Shown here in pieces: positions 60,208 through 64,000 of a stretch of DNA of 64,000 nucleotides (its first letter is position 1; every line of letters begins with the position of its first letter). The notes below the pieces were generated by a model that saw only the letters and a program-made list of their open reading frames with translations, was not told the DNA's origin and ran no database searches. A program made the translations under genes and the position numbers. The stretch covers positions 32,001 through 96,000 of the forward strand of contig JANPLU010000030.1 in the NCBI GenBank assembly GCA_031422435.1, given 5' to 3'. The DNA comes from Acaryochloridaceae cyanobacterium VAR_48_metabat_390 (GTDB lineage: Bacteria; Cyanobacteriota; Cyanobacteriia; Thermosynechococcales; Thermosynechococcaceae).

Positions 60208-62064
60208 TTAATCCTGAGAAGAAGCGTTGAGAAGGTGGAGTGCATGGTCAAATCCGTCTACGCCAATTAAAGGCAGCACCCCAGGCCGACATTGCCGTGC
60301 TGCCGTATCAAACGCTTCTGCCCCAATCCGTCCTCTAATGACGCGCAGCAGACCCATTGGCTGACTTTGCTCAGGTGCCTGAATTTGTTCTAGGCCATAT
60401 AAGCTTAGTAGCCCTGCGCCAACGGCCTGGGGGTAATCGCCCAGACGATAGTAGCTTTCGGCTAGGTAAGACCAGTTCAGCCCTTGCAGATACAAATCAC
60501 CGGAGCGCTGAGCCGCCTGTAGCCCCTGCTGAAGATACATGATCGCTTCATCATGCTGCTCAAGTAGGCCATAGGCGATGCCCAAGCTATTGCAGCACAG
60601 CGCTTGACTTTGGCGATCGCCCAGCTTTTCTGACAGTCTCAGCCCTTCTTTGAGATACCCAATCGCCACCTCAGAGGCTTCCGGTATCAATCGCTCAATC
60701 TGCTGTGCCGTCACAATTTGGGCATAGCCTAAGTTTGTTAGGGCATTGGCTTCACCCAGGCGATCTCCCCGCTGCCTTGCCAAAATTAACGCCCGCTGGG
60801 CGTAGCTCGTTGAGTTGGCGTACCGCTTTTGAGCAATAAACGTGCGGCTAATGTGGTTGAGGTTAGCAATTTCGCAGGGGGTGTCGTTAGCCGCTTGGGC
60901 AATTTCAAGCGCCTGCTGATGGAACGAAAGCGATCGCTCAACCTGCCCCATGGCTCGCTGCGAATAGCCCAACAGCGTCAGCATTCGCGCCTTTTCTTGA
61001 GTGCCTTCAGCCTGCCGAAGGGGTTCATCGAGATAAGTGAGCGCATCTTGAAGGTGACGGCCTGACAGCAGCGCAAACACCCCGCCGTACAGCGGAAAGT
61101 AAGGACGCTGGGTAAAAGCGCGCAGGGTTTGCAGCGCCATCTGAAAGCAACCTTGACTCAGCGGTTCGCGGTTGTGAATATTGAGCGTAGCGGCCTGTCC
61201 AATGCCAGCAGAAAGCTGTCCCCAAAGCACCGCAAAAGAAAGAAACGTGGCGATGGTTTGCTGGGTGCCCCATTTAGAATCGTAGGGCTGTTGCTCAAAC
61301 CAAGTCACCAGACCGCGCTGGGTCAACTGAAGCGTAAGGGCAAGATCTACCCAGTCTTGCAGCGTATTGTCTGCGTTACCAAGGCTATCGGCAATGGGCT
61401 GGTTTAAGGCCAACCCCTGAAATAGCGACCTGAGCAGCGGACGGCTCATCTGCTGTGACCAAAGCTGCCACGGCCCCCGCTGACCAGGGGTACCTTCAAA
61501 CCCCAAAGTGCTTTGGCTTTGCTCGTACATCCAGCTCACTAAGTGAGGCTCCAACGCTTTCCAAGAGGCCAATCCTGCTCGAATGCCCGTAATCACTTCC
61601 TGAAGATCCTCGTTAGAAGAACCCATCATAGAGACGGTTTGATTGAGCGTACCTGCCAACTGCTTGAGCTGCTCTAAGGTTAGAGGCTGTGCCTGGTTTG
61701 CATCTAATACACTTACCCAGGCGGTGAAATACTGGTCGGGTTGAGATCTCAGGATGACTTGGGTTGCAGCGGCGATCGCATTACTCGCCCCCTGATCTTT
61801 TTGATACCGCTCCCACTCACCCTGAATGGTCTTGAGTGCCCTTAAGCTGCGGGTAGCTTTAGCCTGCTTGAGTTCGTCTATGGCGTTGGTGACGGCTAAC
61901 TGCGTGGTAGCTAACTGTTCTTGTAGGCACTGCTCCAGAATTTCTGCCGAATCGGGTTCTAGATCCTGCACCAGCTCACGATAAACCTGTTCCTTAGAAG
62001 GAAGCTGCCCCTTGAGCACTTTTTGAACGAGTTCGGTTAGGAGCGTGTGGTAGCGATCGCGCAA
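60208..62064 (-). CDS. Tetratricopeptide repeat protein
   Basis: C-terminal TPRs (GDRLGEANALTNLG, GDRQSQALCCNSLG); conserved FPLYGGVFA. Confidence 0.88.
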   Translation of the reverse strand: MRDRYHTLLTELVQKVLKGQLPSKEQVYRELVQDLEPDSAEILEQCLQEQLATTQLAVTNAIDELKQAKATRSLRALKTIQGEWERYQKDQGASNAIAAATQVILRSQPDQYFTAWVSVLDANQAQPLTLEQLKQLAGTLNQTVSMMGSSNEDLQEVITGIRAGLASWKALEPHLVSWMYEQSQSTLGFEGTPGQRGPWQLWSQQMSRPLLRSLFQGLALNQPIADSLGNADNTLQDWVDLALTLQLTQRGLVTWFEQQPYDSKWGTQQTIATFLSFAVLWGQLSAGIGQAATLNIHNREPLSQGCFQMALQTLRAFTQRPYFPLYGGVFALLSGRHLQDALTYLDEPLRQAEGTQEKARMLTLLGYSQRAMGQVERSLSFHQQALEIAQAANDTPCEIANLNHISRTFIAQKRYANSTSYAQRALILARQRGDRLGEANALTNLGYAQIVTAQQIERLIPEASEVAIGYLKEGLRLSEKLGDRQSQALCCNSLGIAYGLLEQHDEAIMYLQQGLQAAQRSGDLYLQGLNWSYLAESYYRLGDYPQAVGAGLLSLYGLEQIQAPEQSQPMGLLRVIRGRIGAEAFDTAARQCRPGVLPLIGVDGFDHALHLLNASSQD

Positions 62065-62597
62065 GAGATGATCCTCGAAAAGCAGTATGTATTCGTGTCT
62101 CTGATGATAACAGTCCTAGCTCATCCAGATAAAACACACTTTGGCTAGGTCGTCCTAGTCCATACTGCTTTGGGGCTTAAGGCAAATCTGCCCCAGAAGA
62201 GGGCACGGTATAGACTGATCGCCAGACCATGTCATAAAGGTTTCCTGATTTTGAGAGTGCCGTGGAGTCTCTAGCATGATCTGCCACACCTGCTTAAAGG
62301 GAAGCAAATGAAACCTTTCTGGATAATGCGGGAGCAAGAGGTTGGTCTATCAAAGAGCAGCAGCTTTAGCAGTCTGGATCGGTCCAGTGGCTCCAGTGGA
62401 TGTGATGCGATAGTCCGTTCTTGATCACAAATCGGCATGATAAGCCGTTAGGTTGATTGTAAAAACTGGGTCAACCAATTGATAATAGACATCGTGCCTG
62501 TAAACAGCATTTCCGCTGGCAGTAGTGTGATGGGCGGCTGCTAATCTCCCAATCTCGATCATCACTAGAGAGCCTTCAACTGTTGCGATCAATCTTC

Positions 62598-63515
62598 ATG
62601 AAAAAATATCCAATTATGTTAGTCCTTGGCTATTGGCTAGGGCCGTTGTTAATCATAGCTAGCCATGTAGGAGCTATTATCCCTTTCTTTACAGGCTTGT
62701 CTGGGCCAGCCGTGCTGTGGGTTATCTTTCTGTATTTGATCAGAATGTTAGGTATTACAGCTATCTATCACCGGCTGATTATTCATAAATCTTATCAAGC
62801 ACCCGCAATCATTCGATGGGTGGGTAGCTTAATCGCCTGTTCTGCGGGACAAATGGGACCTAACTGGTGGAAAGGTCATCACATGGAAGGTCATCATCTT
62901 TCTTCTGACCAGAAGGGTGATAGCCATTCTCCGCATATGCCTTTTGTCGGCATTCCTGGCTTTTTGTGGTCACAAGGAGGCTGGCTGTTATCTAGAAAAA
63001 ACTTTTTGCCACCCAGCTTGCCTGCTGATGTCGAGGCTGATTTGGGATTGAAGATAATTGATCGCTTTCATTTTTTGCCCCTTATCTTGCTGAACTTAAT
63101 ATCATTTCAGATTGGTGGCCTAGAAGGTTTGGGTGCTTGCTGCCTGAGTACTGTATTGCTCTTTCATGGAGTGGCTACCGTCAACTCTCTCGCCCATTTA
63201 GCTGGCGAGCAGCCCTTTACTACTAAGGACTATAGTCGCAACAACTGGTTTGTAGCGTTGCTTACTTTAGGTGAAGGTTGGCACAACATGCACCATGCTT
63301 TTCAATGGTCAGCTCGCCATGGTTTTTCTATTCGCTCTGGTCAGGTTGTGCGACTAATCGATCCTACCTATTCTTTTATCCAGCTATTAGAAAAACTGGG
63401 ATTGGCTTCCAATATCAAAGTGCCTACAGATGGTGAATTGCTACAGGCTGCCAATCCAGGTTTGGTTTCTACTACTAGTTGGATTAGAAAAATTAATTTT
63501 TCATACAATAAATGA
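62598..63515 (+). CDS. Membrane acyl-lipid/acyl-CoA desaturase (Delta9/DesC-like family)
   Basis: His boxes HRLIIH, HHMEGHH and GEGWHNMHH; VNSLAH. Confidence 0.9.
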   Translation: MKKYPIMLVLGYWLGPLLIIASHVGAIIPFFTGLSGPAVLWVIFLYLIRMLGITAIYHRLIIHKSYQAPAIIRWVGSLIACSAGQMGPNWWKGHHMEGHHLSSDQKGDSHSPHMPFVGIPGFLWSQGGWLLSRKNFLPPSLPADVEADLGLKIIDRFHFLPLILLNLISFQIGGLEGLGACCLSTVLLFHGVATVNSLAHLAGEQPFTTKDYSRNNWFVALLTLGEGWHNMHHAFQWSARHGFSIRSGQVVRLIDPTYSFIQLLEKLGLASNIKVPTDGELLQAANPGLVSTTSWIRKINFSYNK

Positions 63516-63677
63516 AAACATTTGTGTCAATTATTAATTTTCTTTCAGATAAATTTAATTTATCTAGATATCTTTGTTGATTTGCTAAAATAGACGAAAG
63601 TTAATTTCTTTGCTTCGGATTGATAATAGAGAGATTTACTTACTCTTTTCGTTAACTAGAAACTGGAGAATAAACTA

Positions 63678-64000
63678 ATGACTTCTCTGTCAAGTAATCA
63701 CAGTATTCAAAGTTACATTCCGATTGTTGGTGATATTAATACCAAAATACCTTGGGCATACCAAGTTACTCGTGAGTTTATTAAAGTAGCCAATTTGGTT
63801 CAAATGGCTTTCGCAGAATCTTACATTAATGGTCTAGAAATCCCCGATCCGGCTTTACGGTCTTTTTTTGATACCTGTATGCCGGTTATTTTTAAGCATT
63901 TTCCGGCATTTCTTACCCCCTATGATTGGGTTCTACGCGAAACCGATCACTTGGCTGAAGGCTCGAGAGAGCTGATGAAAACGCAATATGATCTCCCTCA
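63678..64000 (+). CDS. Partial CDS, probable SAM-dependent methyltransferase (cyclopropane-fatty-acyl synthase-like)
   Basis: GGAG RBS; open to the window end: MTSLSS...AFAESYINGLE...LAEGSRELMKTQYDLP, resembling the CFA-family 'E.Y..G' and 'HYDL' motifs. Confidence 0.55.
   Translation, partial: MTSLSSNHSIQSYIPIVGDINTKIPWAYQVTREFIKVANLVQMAFAESYINGLEIPDPALRSFFDTCMPVIFKHFPAFLTPYDWVLRETDHLAEGSRELMKTQYDLP

Noticed and set aside
62155..62560. Short ORFs between the TPR gene and the desaturase
   Set aside because: No recognisable motifs or RBS in any frame I read; possibly decayed DNA
1..64000. CRISPR array or cas genes
   Set aside because: No regularly spaced direct repeats seen; the frequent GCGATCGC is HIP1

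Overview
Chromosomal window from a beta-cyanobacterium. The evidence is the abundant HIP1 octamer GCGATCGC, a beta-carboxysome operon and NDH-1(4) genes. The left half is mostly housekeeping: maf, trmD, rbp-rpsU, ylqF, rluD, lspA, bioY, SRP RNA, purM, rlpA, pcxA and mobA. It also holds small accessory scars: a higBA TA pair, an IS1/VapC remnant, and a tRNA-Val(CAC) 5' half next to mntA and a truncated hepT. The centre has an AT-rich two-gene cassette (membrane protein plus Coq4-like protein) bracketed by two long perfect hairpins, and a patA-cheY-cheW-mcp-mcp-cheA chemosensory operon. The right half is a CO2-concentrating supercluster (raf1, mcdAB, cupB-ndhD4-ndhF4, ccmK2K1LMNO) interrupted by a HIP1-free AAA-ATPase + HNH (Septu/PtuAB-type) pair. 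It is followed by a stress-gene cluster (LEA-like, lipid kinase, dps, psb35), an unannotated candidate sRNA with tandem CRP-type boxes, a TPR gene, and the start of a desaturase + CFA-like methyltransferase locus. All calls come from reading the sequence and recalling family motifs; no searches were run.
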